Shown here one piece after another: positions 46,601 through 60,290 of a stretch of 64,000 bases of DNA (its first letter is position 1; each line of letters starts with the position of its first letter). The stretch is taken from contig NC_045696.1 of NCBI RefSeq assembly GCF_009834535.1, positions 6,326,001-6,390,000 on the forward strand, written 5' to 3'. The stretch is from Camelus ferus. Lineage: Eukaryota. The translations under genes were made by a program, and so were the position numbers. The notes under the pieces are model-generated. The model was not told where the DNA came from. It searched no databases and saw only the letters and a program-made list of their open reading frames with translations.

Positions 46601-49084
46601 TAAACACCTTGTTTTTTTAATTCTGAAAATAAGGGATATGTAGTGACCACTGTCCACACAGGCAGGAATCTCATGGTTTTCAGTGGTCTTTGAAGAATAC
46701 GTGCTTTATCTGTCCCACAAACCATCATGTGGCTTAAAGAGATTTTTTTTTAAATCCACAAGAGGCACATGGTTTTCAGGGTGAAAAAGCAGAAGAGAAG
46801 ACAGGCAGGATGGAGGTTTGAGTTGCTGATGTTGTGTCTCTTTTGAGCCCATGGTGGCCTTGAGGGGCAGAAGGCGGGGCCCTGGGGACCCATCAGGCTC
46901 TGATGCTGGAGGTCACCTGAGACCAACAGAAGATGGTAAAGCCAGGGATGCTCGGCCAGCATGCCGACTCTGCCGTCGCTGAACACCTGTGAAGGTTGCA
47001 CTGAATGGATTCCAGTCTGCGTGGGCTGCCTGATTTCTTGGCTTTCCTACCGAGGAATTCATTTCCCTGTTCAAGAATTCTTCTAAGGAATACTCAAGCC
47101 GTGACTGCCTCAAGGAGGGTGGTGCTGAGAGGACTGACAGGAAATTCTCAGGCATGACCATTTTGGGCAGTGGATTCCAGGACCAACCATGGGTCTTACC
47201 TCTTACAGTTACTCCACTGGTGACTCATCCATCGGCGAGAATCGCCCCACCCGGATTTCTCTGCTGTTAAGGGAAGGAAAAACTCCTTCAGAGATAGATT
47301 TACTCATGAGTCAACTTTTGACTCTTTTCCTTTAGCCTCACTCTCACGCCAATCTGAGGGAAAAAAATCGCTTGGTTCATTTTTCCAACTTCTTTCCTTC
47401 TTTGATGTTATATACGTGTATATAAAATATTTCTACCTGTTTAGTTCCAAACTCACCCACTTTACATACGTAGAAAGAACATAAATGAACTTTAAAATAA
47501 TATATGTACCGTATGTACAACTTTATTTCACAAAATAAGTCTCCCCAAATTCCAAATGCCTTACCCACTTTGACGATTTTCTCTTCGCCACAAAGTGAAG
47601 GCTATTTCCTCCTTGACGTTAGTGTGCTTCATAATTTTTGACTCCCAAGCATGAGTCAGTTTATCAATCGTCAAGATAGGATTAAGTTTGAGCATTACAA
47701 TTTCACCACTCCCTGGTATCGAAAATAATTGTTTTCTTATTTAAAGTATTCCTCAAAAAAATAACAGTTTTATGTATGGAATTAAATGTAGGATCATGTT
47801 AATATCAAAACATAGGCTCAGTGTCTCAAAGAACAATAAAAAGCTGAACAAAATGAACGAAGGGGTTTACTAAAGCACTCTCCTGCCTGGACAGGGTGTG
47901 AGTGATGTCAAGATGGGGTTGAAGTGATTGGAAATCAAATTTAGGAAATTGCTCGATATGGCTCAGCTCAGTACAGAGTGTATTTATGGAGATTGCACGG
48001 CGCCTGTAACTGATGAAATCTGGGTCATAAACTTACATTTCAGAGGCAATTAGCACCTCCTTACGAACCTGAGCAGCCTGGAGTGCAGGCAAAGGGAGAA
48101 AATTCATCTTTCTGGAGACCCCGGGTTCAGAGTCCCCCTGAAATGGCTGCAGTTAAAGCCCTGGGGTCAGGACCTCAGTCCTTCCCTCTCCTGCCCCTAT
48201 TTCCAGAGCCTTGGCATGTGGGCCCACAGGATCTGACCAGCCCATCTTTCTGAAGCACAGACTTGGCCACTCACCTGCAGAGCTTTTCCAGCTCCCTAGC
48301 GCTGGTAACAACGCCCTTGCGGCTCAGCGGGGCAGTCGGGTCCATTCGAGTCTCAGCCCAGGGACCCTCTGTGTCCTGCCACCTGCTACCCTGGGGCCAT
48401 GTTTAGGGGTCTCCAGAGTGGTGGGGAGTTTCGGGCTCTGCTCATGTGTGCCGGCAAAGCCCTCCCCTCCTCCAGGGCCCGGCCCCAGCGTCACTTCGCT
48501 GTGAGGCAGCTTGCTTTATTCACTCCAGTCCTGCCTACGAACATGCTTGGAGAAAGAGTCTCATGACTCTAGGGTGGTTTTAATACCAACATTACAGAAG
48601 GAGGGGCGCCCAGAGGTATGAATTCCGGTCCTGGCTGTTCTGCGATGGCCAGGCACTTTCTCATCTTTATTAAAAAGGGTTTGGAGTGGGAGACGGGGAG
48701 CACGTTCAGTTTGCTATTCTGCGTTCTTGAAAAGGGCACCATGACCTCTGTGTCAGTGGGATCTGTCCAGCCATTTTAATGAGCTGGGGCTACCACTGCC
48801 CAGAGTCACCCCTGTCAGACCCCTTTGGGATCTGTCCTGAAGTTTAGCCTCATTTCAGAAAGTATGTCCACTGCTATGGCTTCTGATGCTCATGTGATTT
48901 CCTGAGCCTGTGGTCCCTCATTCTGTGCAGAGCGGACACAGGGGAGTTCATGGCATTGGCCATGATTGTCACATGAGATACCACCACTTCTGGAATAAAT
49001 GTAATCACCAGGGTAAAAAGGTACAGAGTAGGGGTAACAAAGACCATCTAAAAATGGCACAGAATCCCCAAATTATTTCTAGTT

Positions 49085-50320
49085 TATTTAAAAAAACCTG
49101 AGATAAATTTAAATTTACAGAAGAGTTGTAAAGATAGTACAGAGAGTTCTCATATCCCCTTCACCCAGCTTCCCCCGTGTTAGCGTCTTCCATAACCCGG
49201 GTACAGTGGTCAAACTAGGAAATTAACATCGGTGCGATGGTATCGTCCAGGGGTCGGGAAACTCGGCTCACATGCCAGGTCCAGCCCACTGCCTCCTGTT
49301 GCAGGTACGTTTTATTGGCATGTGGCCACGCCCATTCACCTCCGTGTTGTCTCTGACCACTTTTGCACTCCAGTGATGGGGGTAAGTAGTTTCAGAGTTG
49401 AGCGCATGGCCTACAGAGAGAAAAACATTGACTCTCTGGCTCTTTATAGGTAAAACATTTGCCACCTCCTCCTTTCAAAGGAACCCCACACTTTATCCAA
49501 ATCCTCCCAGTTTCCCCTGATGTCCAGGCTCTGATCTTGGGGGCTCAGTGCGTTTCCTCGGCAGAACGCCCTAGTCTCCCCCAGTCTGAGACAGTTTTAT
49601 GTTCTTTCCTTGTCCTTCATGACCTTGACATTTGTGAAGAGTACCGTCCCTCACGTGGGGATTGTCATGCCGAGGCAGAGGTTGGAGATCGTCAGGAGGA
49701 AGATACTGCAGAGGTGACGCGTCCTTCTCGTCGCCTCAGAGCAGGTGGCTCACGACATCACTGTGTCTTCTCGCTGGTGGTGTTGACCTGGATGGCGCGG
49801 CGAAGGTGGTGTCGGCCAGTTTCCTCCACCACAGGGCACTGCTTTCCCCCTTTACATGCCTGATTCCTTGGAAGCAAGTTACTAAGTGCAGCCCCCCCTC
49901 AAGGGGAGGAGAATGAAGCTTTATCTCCTGGAGGCGGAGATACCACAGATTTGGGAGGGTGCATATGTTAACATAACAACCATTACTAGTAAATCTTTTG
50001 AAGGAGATGATTTGAGGGCATTCGAACATCTTATTTCTCTTTAAATGTATCGCCCACTAGTTTGAGCGCCCATCCGCATACCTGGTCCACAGCACTTAGG
50101 ACTGTGGGGCTCCGAGGCGGATTTTCTGCTTCCCTTACTCCTCCTGCGTTTAGTATTTGGGGCTCTTCTGGGAAGAAGAGTTCTCCCTTTCTTCCCACTT
50201 ACTCACTTAATTCTGTCCCTTGTTTACATCAGTATAGTAGGCATTGGATGTTTATCTTATTCTTTGAGTTATAATCCAGTCTCTCATTATTTATTTTGTT
50301 GCCGAACTTGTTCAGGCTCT
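49085..50320 (-). mobile_element. Old L1 (L1MB/L1MC-type) 3' region, antisense, containing MER58
   Basis: TTTAAATTTACAGAAGAGTTG...GATAGTACAGAGAGTTC...CCCTTCACCCAGCTTCCCC; CTTTCCTTGTCCTTCATGACCTTGACA; TGGAAGCAAGTTACTAAGTGCAGCCC. Confidence 0.75.
49248..49470 (+). mobile_element. MER58-type hAT-Charlie DNA transposon nested in L1
   Basis: CAGGGGTCGGGAAACT...CAGCCCACTGCC...TTTTATTGG...CCACGCCCATTCA...CTCTCTGGCTCTTTA...TTTGCCACCTCCT. Confidence 0.8.
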
Positions 50321-50676
50321 GGCGTGGGGAGCCCTCCCCTCCCCCCCCTTCTCTCTCTCTCTCTGCCTCTTCGTTGTGAGTGCACTGGTTCCTCTGTCCT
50401 TCGACATGTGTCTGCCTCTTTCTACTTTCTTTTTTGAGCACTTCCCCCATTTCATGTCACAGTACATCTTTATAGACTGTTCTATGTTCTGGAAACATGC
50501 TACACTTCAAAATCCCACCTGAGAAGGGAGTAGATGGGTGAGGAGGTCCTGGGCAGTCCGGCCCCTCTGTGGCTGCTGCTTGCCTCTGGCTGGGTCTGCA
50601 GCCAGGGAGTGGAGGGTCAGCCCGAGGAGCCAAGTTCAAGTGTGGAGGCGGGGCTGCAAAGCTCATTTCCTTTGGT

Positions 50677-50959
50677 CAGACTCACAGACATGGGAAACAA
50701 ACTTACAGTTACCAAAGGAGGTGAGGGATAAATTAGTAGTTTGGGATTAACAGATACAAACTACTGTATATAAAATAGATAAACAATAAAGACCTACATT
50801 TTAGGTTATTGCAGAATATTCAATATTTTGCAATAATCTAGAATGAAAAAGCATATGAAAAAGAAAAAATATATGTATGACTGAATCACTATGCTGCACA
50901 CCAGAAACTAACACAACATTGTAAATCAACTATGCTTCATTAAAAACTTAAAAAAAAAA
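50677..50959 (+). mobile_element. L1 3'UTR fragment with poly-A, sense
   Basis: CAGACTCACAGACATGGGAAACAAACTTACAGTTACCAAAGG...CTGAATCACTATGCTGCACACCAGAAACTAACACAACATTGTAAATCAACTA. Confidence 0.88.
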
Positions 50960-52382
50960 GCCTAATTTCCTTCAGGCCCTATAGGGGCTCTTCAAAATGG
51001 AAAACAGGAGAGAGGAGCACAGTGAACACCAAGATATGGCAGAGAAACATACACAGTCTTGCAGGTCGGAGCTCAAAGCTGGCCCGTGTGCAGTTCCCCT
51101 CTTTGTGAAAAAGAGAATCGAGCTTAGGAGCTGACTTCTTTCCTCCCCCGGCCACTGTGATTTAGGAATGCCTTTCTCAAAACATTCATTTTTTCCCCTT
51201 TCCCTCCTGACCCTTAAAGCTCCATCTCCCACCTCTTAGTATGCCAGCTCTCTGAGGGGCCCTGCCCAGTACGCTTAGCTCAGAGTGGGTAACAGACAGT
51301 GGCACCATACATGGGAGCCTCTCTAGACTCATCGCTAATATGGCATGTCTCTGTGGGAGGGTCAGTTACAGATAACAGACTCACAAGCAAACTTTTGGAA
51401 CACGACCCATGTATTTATCTATAAAGCAGGTATCATAAAACCTCCCCTACGTCTAACATTGGAGTGGTTAAGAGGACCAAATGAGATGATGATCAAAAAG
51501 CATTTACTAAACTGTAAAGTGTTCAGCATATCATCCAGTAAACGACTGTGCATAATGGCTAATCTAACATCCATTTCCTAGCGTGCTAGGGCATCACGTG
51601 TTACAGCAGCACCTGGAGGTGGCGTGTAACAGTGCATCTTGTCATTTGTGCTGTTGTTCCTCAAATGTTCAGTGTCTGGGATGTTCCAGGAGTTGCGCAG
51701 ATTCTGGGGAAGCCAGTCTCTGTTCTCCAGGGTTTTACGTTCTTATGTATCTAGTCTTTCAGATGATGGTCAAGTAAACAAATATACATATACATGAATC
51801 ATACATGCTGTGCAATCAAAAAAGGCAGGCGAAAGAGAGTGATGGACAGAGGGCTGGTTTTGGAGGGAGAATTAGGGGTGCTCCGCTCCGAGCCTGTTAG
51901 GTCTGGGGTGCTTTTTCAACATAGAAAAACCTAGCCAGGTCCCTCTTTTCCACAATAGGTTCATTGAATTCTAATATTTGCAAGTGAAATCAGAAAAGGG
52001 ATTGCTTTTCCTCATTGACAGATAGATGGGCTTTGAGTCATGTTTGCTCATTTAGGCTAATGAATTCTCAGACTTTTATCTTAATGTTCACATTCAGGAG
52101 AGAGAGGAATTAAATAAAATTAGACAATCATTGATGCTAACCTCTTTTTTTTTAACTTACAGAAAGCTAATTATCATTTGGTCATTGAGTAATTTTATTA
52201 TCTGCTTAGCATGTTTAATTAGGTTTGATACTCATAATGAATGTGAGGCAGATTTGCTTGGAGAAGTAGAGATGGGATAAAGCATAAACTCTTAATGTCG
52301 TTGGAAGTATCCAGAAGGAAAGGGACTTTGGTCTCTAACTTTTCCAGCAGTTTGTCATTCTTCGATGAGATCTGTGGGTATC

Positions 52383-52592
52383 GCCCTTCTCAGCGGGAGG
52401 TGCTGTTGGAATTTTGGGTGGACTGTCTTCCTTGATTGTGTGGAACTAAACCGTATTTTGAAGATGTCCTTGGCTTTGCCCGCTGATGGTCGATGCTCCC
52501 TCCCTGGTCATGAAGACCCAAAGGCCCCACTTTAACCAAACACCCTCCTGCATGGGAGACAAGAGGCACTTGCCTTTAGTTGAGAACCAAGA
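52383..52592. mobile_element. MER5B/MER3-like hAT MITE (degenerate)
   Basis: CTTCTCAGC...GTGCTGTTGGAATTTTGGGTGG...GTTGAGAACCA terminal motif. Confidence 0.5.
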
Positions 52593-53344
52593 TCTAGTCA
52601 TTTCTGTAAGAGCTTTCTTTGTTTTCCCTTATTTTAATATTTAAATCAAGTGACAGAACTATTTACCTGCTTTCATCACTGACTTCCATAATTTCATTTT
52701 AGTCTTCATACAAATTAACGTATTTTAAAAAACTCTAACGTTTATGTGTCACTCACTAGCCTCCACTATGGTGAACTGAGCTATAATATATAAAGCAGAA
52801 TATATAAGCTGATTGTAAACTTACAATATATAAGCTGAATCTGTGTATGTGGTGTGGACTACCTGGCCTATAGAGGAGCCAGCGGCATTTCTGCAGGCTT
52901 GCCAGCTACATCACTTTGACCCTTCCCTAGCTCATGGTCCAGTCTTAGGAAACAATTTCAAAGTGTCTTCTGTGCTGGCCTTTCTTGTAAGTAGTTGGTG
53001 TAGACTCAACAAACACATCTTCCACTATTACTCAATCTTGTAGTATCACCGTATGGGGATTTTAATAAGCTTTTAGAAAAAGAAATAGAATTTAGTGGTG
53101 CCGAAGTTGATTGGACTTTTTTCAGTTTTCCTTTTTTATATTCTGAAAGCTGTGTTGGTTTCATTTGGTTCCTGGTACAAGTTTTGCTTAGGAAGCAAAT
53201 CCTACAATTTGCCTGGTAGACTAGACAAAACTAGGGGCCAGGATATAGCCTCCCCAGTATTCCTTTCTTTCTGCCAGTTATCTATCACTTTCATTCGTGC
53301 AAGTTGGCTCACCTACCAGACTTTTCAGTCAGGTAGAAATGACA

Positions 53345-53500
53345 ACAACAGTGATGATGGAGAACGCTTACAGAGTACTGATTGTATGCCAGACGTTGTA
53401 TTAAGTGTTCTATTGAGCAGAGCAGATAAGACAGGTGCAGTCATTGTCCATGGTTCACAGACAGGGACACAGAGCTACAGAGAGGTTAAGTAACCAAGTG
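53345..53500 (-). mobile_element. MIR SINE
   Basis: ACTGATTGTATGCCAGAC...CACAGACAGGGACACAGAG...CAGAGAGGTTAAGTAAC. Confidence 0.7.
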
Positions 53501-54444
53501 GGGCTGCATCCATTTAGTGCCTGGGGATATAGATGTGAATTTGATACATCCCTGCCCTCCTAGAGCTTATCGTTTAATGGCCTGAGACAGAGAGACAAAC
53601 CACGCAAGTGTAACAAAGTTGTACACAAATTGTAAACATCTGTATGCAATACACATGCTACAGCTAAAAAGACCAAGTTCTAGGGAAATCTTTGTAGCAA
53701 ATATTACAAATGTTAATACCTGTAATGTATAAAGATTATATTAGACCCAAATGAGACTGTGTATATACACAAACTCTGAGCATCATCCCACTAACACAGG
53801 CCATAAGCCTGTACACTTATTTCCCTTCCCAAGTAAAAGCAACATATGCTTACAAGCTGCCAATAAATTCAGTTTTTCACTCCTCAGTTTATTTGAACAT
53901 AAATATGAAAAATAATTGGTGATAAAATTTTTCTTAAAAATTAATATCACCTAAAAGAAAATAAAAGGAAACATTTTGCAACAGATCTTACAAAGAAAGA
54001 AAAAGAATAGCCCAAAGCAATTAAATAAAATAACTCTCCAGGGAAAAGGGAATGCAATTAATTATGTCCGTATGTACTCATTCGTTTTCCTAAGACAGCA
54101 GGATCTTCCAAAGCAATAAAACCCAGCTCACATAGAAGACATGTGTGAGCATTTGTGGCTGAATTTCTGTAAGATAATGGCCTGCAAATGGCAGGTGGAT
54201 GGAACCCTCAGATTTTCTTTTAGGAGATGTTGAAATTGTATCACAGTGAGCGGCACAAAGTGGTGAGGCAACACAGGTTGAACTTCAGCACAGATTTCTT
54301 AGATTATCTGACTGAAACTATTCTTGGTAGAAATGCTTCTGTAGTGGACACTTCCGTTCCATCAGGGGTCTCGGGAGCTACGATCTGAATGGACAAGGGC
54401 CTCGAAGCGTGGTCTTCAGGTCCCATTTTCATCTTAGAAAATAA

Positions 54445-54725
54445 GACTGTGGTTGCCAAAGGGGAAAGGGCAGGGGAGGGATAGATTTGGAGTTTGGGAT
54501 TAACAGACACATGCTACTATATAATAAAATAGATAAACAACAAGGACCTACTGTAGAGCACAGGGAAGATACATTCAATTTCTTATAATAATATATAATG
54601 GAAAAGAATCTGAAAAGGAAAAAAAAATGTATATGTATAACTGAATCACTTTGCTGTACACCTGAACTAACATTGTAAATCAACGACACTTTAATACAAA
54701 ATAAAATTAAAAAAAAAAAAAAAGA
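54445..54725 (+). mobile_element. L1 3'UTR fragment with poly-A, sense
   Basis: GTGGTTGCCAAAGGGGAAAGG...GATAAACAACAAGGACCTACTGTAGAGCACAGGG...CTGAATCACTTTGCTGTACACCTGAA followed by an A-tail. Confidence 0.9.
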
Positions 54726-57718
54726 AAAAGTCCTTAGGAACTGAGGCCAATGCTCTTGGACTTTTGCTTGTCTCAAGTTTAATGTTTGCTTTTAGAAAAC
54801 AATTAAGTTCACAGTATCCTTGCCATGTTAACCCCAATTTCCCTGTCCATATCCAGAGAAACACACGTGTTTTCCAGGGGCCAAAGCTTCAGAGCAGCTT
54901 AACAGGCCAGCGGGCGAGAAGTCAGGCGTGGGGGCCACGCCAGTCAGGAGCTAAGCACTGCTGATGAGCTGACGGTTCAGGGGGATGAGGAAGGTGCAGC
55001 TCTGTATGAAGCACAAATCTCACCCACAGACGGCCTTCCCCTGGCCCTCCGCCCACAGCCCTTTCATCTGGAGCACTGGTCGGTCCCAGTGCGGATGGAG
55101 AGGGTTTTCACCTTTTCCCCTTTTCCACACCCGGCTGCAGATCATTGGCTGTTGGCCAGTGAGATGTTTTAAGAAGGCAGGAAACCGGAGGGAGAGAGAC
55201 AAAGGCTCAGACAACTCCCAGAGTGGGTGACAGGCCACAGCATGACTGACTCCCATTGGATGTGTGTGTGGCCCATGTTCATGGATGACACACTTGCCCT
55301 CACACCCCGCGAGTGTGCTTTAATTTTGTTAACCGAGCTGATTTCTACATCACGTACCAAAAAAGTGTACGTTTTCTCAGTATGCAGATTTCACTTGGAA
55401 TTAACCAACTGCTTGTGTGACTTGCACATGTGTACTGCTTTTCTCTTGTTTGAGCCCTGAGATGGAGCTACTGAGTGATTCTTGGAAGCCTCAAAGTCAA
55501 GGTGCAAATTGGTGGATTTCTACCCAGCCTCAGATCAAGTCCTTTGAAGTTGATTTGATGAGAGCACATTTGACAGTTATAGAGCTCTTCTCTGAGTGTC
55601 TTTTGGGGTTCCTCCTTCTTGTTTTCATGTCTCAAATCCCAGCACACTCCCTCCTGGCCTCCTTCCTCTCCTCCTCCTCCAACCCCCACAGACACACCTG
55701 CCCCCACTGCCCCTAACTTGTTAGTACAGTGCACTTGCTTTTTGAAAAAGCGTGTTTCTGATTTCACACTTCGATGTCCGACTGCTTTTGGGAAAACTGT
55801 ATAATGTACAGAAGATCTGGAGCCAGCTAGGAGGAGAGAGGTTTGTTTGGGGCAACAGCACAAGAACCCAGTTCACTCCCTCTAGTGCCCACGTCAGCGT
55901 GTGCGTATTGCCTTGGAAACACTTGCAGCAACAGAAGTTTACAGTGACGTGTTCTTGCTCGTGAACTTGAGCTGTGGCATGTTTTTTGCTCTCATTTGTT
56001 GGTCTTTTCTCTGAACTGTAAAGGGGACCTCATCCAGATAAGGAGCAAGGTCCTTAACTCGGAGACTTGAATCCCAGGATTGGATCCTCATTCCGGCGGT
56101 GCGTCCAAATGTTTCTTGAATTAGTAGAAGAGGAGGATTTTCCTACAAAGTTGAAATGATACAGGTCGTGCCTTGACAGGTTAACCTGCTTCTTCTGATT
56201 GATCGGCAGTTATCTTCATTGCTCAGATCACTAACAAGTGACTGCAAAAATAGTTAACCGGAATAAAAAAATCCCTCTTTGCAGGATTTATGGGTTTCTC
56301 GGGGCCAGAAGATGGTGGGATGTTAGCCTTTATTTCAGGGCAGGAGAGCAATGCGGTAGGATTATCGTTCCCACAGAGAAGGGATCGCATCCCTCCCTCC
56401 CTCCCTTCTTTCTTCCCTTCTTCCCTCTTCCCCACTTTCCTTCCTCCCTCCATCATCCGAGCAGTAGACATACTTACCACCTACATACTAAGAGTTCATG
56501 CAACAGACAGTCACTGTGTGTGCATCCGGTGTGGGCACTTTTCCGGGCAGCAGTGCAACATCACTGAAAAAGATCCCTGTCCTCATGGAGCCTGCATTCC
56601 CTAGCCCTGACGAATCTTCTCTTCTCCCAGTGTGTTTTGTCCCTCCGTTAAAGTGATTACAGTCTGTCTAGAATAGGAGACGTTGAACATCATCCATCTT
56701 TAGATCACGACCACCAGTGCCCGTGGTAGTTGCTTTGCACGAGGTGGGTGACCTGCTACTTGCTGTTTGAATCAGATACCTTTGTGATACCACTGTTTTA
56801 AAAAGAGGTACCTACGGGTAACTCCTAGCAAGGATACAAACAGGGGGGGTCTTCCAGTTCCCAATATAGGAAATGGGTTTAAAAATGAAAACAACCTGGT
56901 CAGGTTTTTTTTCATTTTCATGTTCTTTTTCATTAAAGGTTATTACAACATATTGAATATAGTTCCCTGTGCTGTACAGAAATTTTGTAATTAATTTTTA
57001 TAATAGTGGTTAACCCTTGCAAATCCTGGTCATTTTTTTAAAAAAAGAATCACCCTTAGCATTAATTGGAGAGTACCATGTGCAGCCCAGAGATGCGCCA
57101 CGTGTAACAAAATGGACACTTTGGGGGATGGGCAGGGAGTCTGTGCCTGGGCCCTGCAGCTCCTTAGCCTTGGGACCAGTTTCTCAGGCTGGCTCACATC
57201 CAGAGCACAGGCAGCTTGGCAGTGGGAGGTGGTCTGCAGCCCCCACTTATTTCCTGCTGGTCTGGGGTCCCTCATGGACCTCCTCCTGTTTTGTCAAAAG
57301 AGGCGCCACTTTCAAGAAGGCTCAGCTGGAAACATGTCTGTAGATCGTTTGCAGCTAGGAGCGGGAGGGCAGCCTGCTTCTTTAATAGATTATGTACAAC
57401 GTTAGGGAGTCTGGGGGCCAGCCCTCAGCAGGTGGGATGCATAAAAATGCCAGTGCCCTGCCTCTCGGTGTTTTCAGTTCATATATTCTGAATTTAACAT
57501 ATCACTAAGTGCCATCCTGGGATCTTGGGAGACTTAAGATTGGCTTTTATTTTAATGAGAACTCTCTGTTGTAAACCTAAGGGGATGGCCAACCAGTTTC
57601 CTTTTTGCAGGGTACTTAGCTACTAAAAATATGTTCTTCGTAAAGTGTCTTATCACATTAGACTGTGGGTTACCTCCAAGGAGATAGACTGGGTCCTTGC
57701 CAGTTTATGTCCATCCAG

Positions 57719-58231
57719 CAGCGGTCCTCAAACTTGTGGTCCTGGGACCCTTCACACGCTGACAAACGCCCAAGGGTGCTGAATGGCAGTGGGTGATATG
57801 GGTTCTGTCTATTGATGTTCACTGAATTAGAAATAAAAATTGAGACATTATCAAAACATTTATCTATGAATTCTTTTTAAAACAAAAATAACAAACCCAT
57901 ATGTTCATTTAAATAACATTGTCTGTGAAAAATAACTATGTTTTCCTAAAAGATACTTAGTGAGAAGAATGATGGTTTACGTTTTTGCAAATCTCTTTTA
58001 CTGTCTGGCTTCACAGCCGACAGCTGGGTTCTTCTAACTGCTGCTGTAGTCAGCCTGTCGTGCTGTCACGTGTCCGTAGCTTCTGGAAAACTGGACTGTA
58101 CACCTGTGAGAGGGTGAGCTCGGAAGACGCACATCACGCCCTGGTGTATGTGGAAAACTGCTGAGCGTCAGACTTCCTAGGAGGGTCTTGGGACGCCAGG
58201 GGGTTCCTGGAACACGCTTTGAGAACCACTG
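57719..58231. mobile_element. hAT-Charlie non-autonomous DNA transposon (Charlie1/MER119/MER33-like), both TIRs present
   Basis: Terminal inverted repeats CAGCGGTCCTCAAA and TTTGAGAACCACTG. Internal TAGTGAGAAGA...TTTTTGCAAATCTCTTT...TGTCTGGCTT motif is typical of Charlie1 derivatives. Confidence 0.75.
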
Positions 58232-58323
58232 ACCTGGAGTTCTTTAATCTGGCACCTGACACTGTGCTGGGCTGGCGGGGGAGGGGGCCACAGCACTGAA
58301 TTAAGTGGACACATGCCCTGCCT

Positions 58324-58730
58324 TGTCATGGGTTGAATTGCGGCCCCTAGGTTCATCTGTTGGAGTCCTAACCCCCAGAACCTCAGAATGTGATCGTGTG
58401 TGGAGATCAGGTCCTTGCAGAGGTGATCAATTTGATCTGAGGTCATGAGGGTGGGCCCTAGTCCAGCAGGGCTGTGTGCTTACAACAGCGGGAAGTCGGA
58501 TACAGACAGAGACCTGCGGAGAGAGGAGACTGTGTGAAGGCACTAGGGGAAGACGCGTCTAAGGGCCAAGGAGGGAGGCCTGGGGAGCTCCTTCTCTCAC
58601 GGCCCTCGGAAGGATCCCGCCTGCCCACACTTTGATCTTGGATTTCCGGCCTCCACGCCTGGGAGGCAGTGAGTTTCTGTTGGGTAAGCCCCTCCATCTG
58701 TGGAACATACAGTCCCAGGAAAGTAAAACA
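58324..58730 (+). mobile_element. MLT1 (MLT1B/C-type) MaLR solo LTR
   Basis: TGTCATGGGTTGAATTG...CCTAACCCCCAGAACCTCAGAATGTGA...GAGGGTGGGCCCTA...TTGATCTTGGATTTCCGGCCTCC...TTTCTGTTG..TAAGCC. Confidence 0.88.
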
Positions 58731-59904
58731 CAGATGACGTACTGGGTGCTGGAACTGGATTCAAAGGTGGCCTCCAGGCCTGTGCTGGTGGCTTGAAGAA
58801 GATTCAGCAGCACAAGGGGAGTCACCCTTGAAGGACGAGGAGGCGCGTTCCACCAGAGAGCTGGGCGAGGGAGACTTCTGCACGCCTCCTTCCTGCAGCA
58901 CCTGCAGCGTTCTGTTTGAGGAGGAAGTAGCTGGTCATCCGCATCACTGCTCAAGCCCTGGAACTTTCACTCCAGCCCGAGGTGAGCGCAGGAAGTCGTG
59001 TCCTGCCCTGCCGTCGGACGCAGAGCTCCCCAAACCCGCAGGCCTCCCCCCAGCTGTCCTGGGGGCTGAGCATCACTTTGGTGCTATGGTTCCTCTTGTT
59101 GCCAGAGGCAGGTCTCCCTGAGGCCGCCCTTCGGAGGGGTTGGAGCAGGGGAGCCCCACTGAGGTATTTCCTGTCTGTGCAAATCCTTTTAAAAAGTGGT
59201 CATGGCCATTTACAGGCTCTCTGAATGACAAGCACATATTCTGAATTCCCACAGTTTCTGTGTACAGTGACGGACAGAAACTCCCACGCGTCAGGGGACA
59301 GAGTGTGGCTGGGATGTTTTATGAGGTGTGGCTTTGGGTGTACACATCATGCGTGCCTTCGGGTCACATTTAGTTTTGAAGATAATAAAGCTTAAAGGAT
59401 AGAAGGTGTTTTCTTTGCAGAGCTCTTAGGAGGTGGAAAATATTAGTATCTCTCAGGAAAGAAGACAATTCTGGGGTTTTTAGCCAAGACATGTAGGGAA
59501 GCTCCCAGTTCACTCCCAGTACAACCCAGGCCCTGCCGACAGTCCCTGGCCTCAGCGGCCCCCTTGCTCGTCCCCTGCCAGCACTTCCTCCCCCTCCTCT
59601 CCTGTGATGACACTTCCTCCCTGGCTATTCCCAATGCCTTTGTCCTACTCTCAAACCCTGGTGCCCACCCCTGGCCTTGTTCTGCCCTTGTCGCAGCCTG
59701 GAAGCCTCAATCCCTCATCTTCTGCAAGTTTGCTCAGGTCTTACCTCCTCCATGAAGGCTGCCCTGATTACTCTAAAAATAGCACTCTGCCCTCACCTCC
59801 TCCTCTTCCTCAATCAGCCCTACCTTTTATTTCTTTTCAGAAACTTACCACCTCCTAACCCAGCTCGCAAAACAACGTGCCTGCAGTTCACCTTGTTAAT
59901 CTTG

Positions 59905-60020
59905 TTAGATTGTGTTCTGATGTAGTAGGTCTGGGGTGTGGCCTGGGATTCTGTGTATCTGACAAAGCCCCAGGTGGTGCTGAGGCTGCTGGTCCAGGGA
60001 TCAGACTTTGAAAATCAAGG
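59905..60020. mobile_element. MER5A hAT MITE (partial)
   Basis: TTCTGATGTAGTAGGTCTGGGGTGTGGCCTGGGATTCTG...CCCCAGGTGGTGCTGAGGCTGCTGGTCC...ACTTTGA. Confidence 0.8.
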
Positions 60021-60161
60021 TTTGAATTCACCTAGAAAGAAATCATTTATTTTTGTTGAAAAAAAAGTTGAATAACAAAGGGAGAAGCCGGGAGTGTAGA
60101 TTTGACGGAGCTGCGAGGAGCTCACTGCTGATTTGGGCAGGGCAATAGCTGCCCAAATTTG

Positions 60162-60290
60162 CTTTTTAATTTTTTTGTTGTTTGTTTGTTCTTTTAAGGG
60201 GGAGGAGGTAACTAGGTTTATGTATGTATAGATATATATGTATGTATGTATTTTAAATTTTATTACTGTTTTTTAATGGAGGTACTGGGT
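60162..60290 (-). mobile_element. 5'-truncated Vic-1-like SINE tail
   Basis: GGGGGAGGAGGTAACTAGGTTTATG...TTTTTAATGGAGGTACTGGG, ending abruptly before the tRNA head. Confidence 0.7.
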
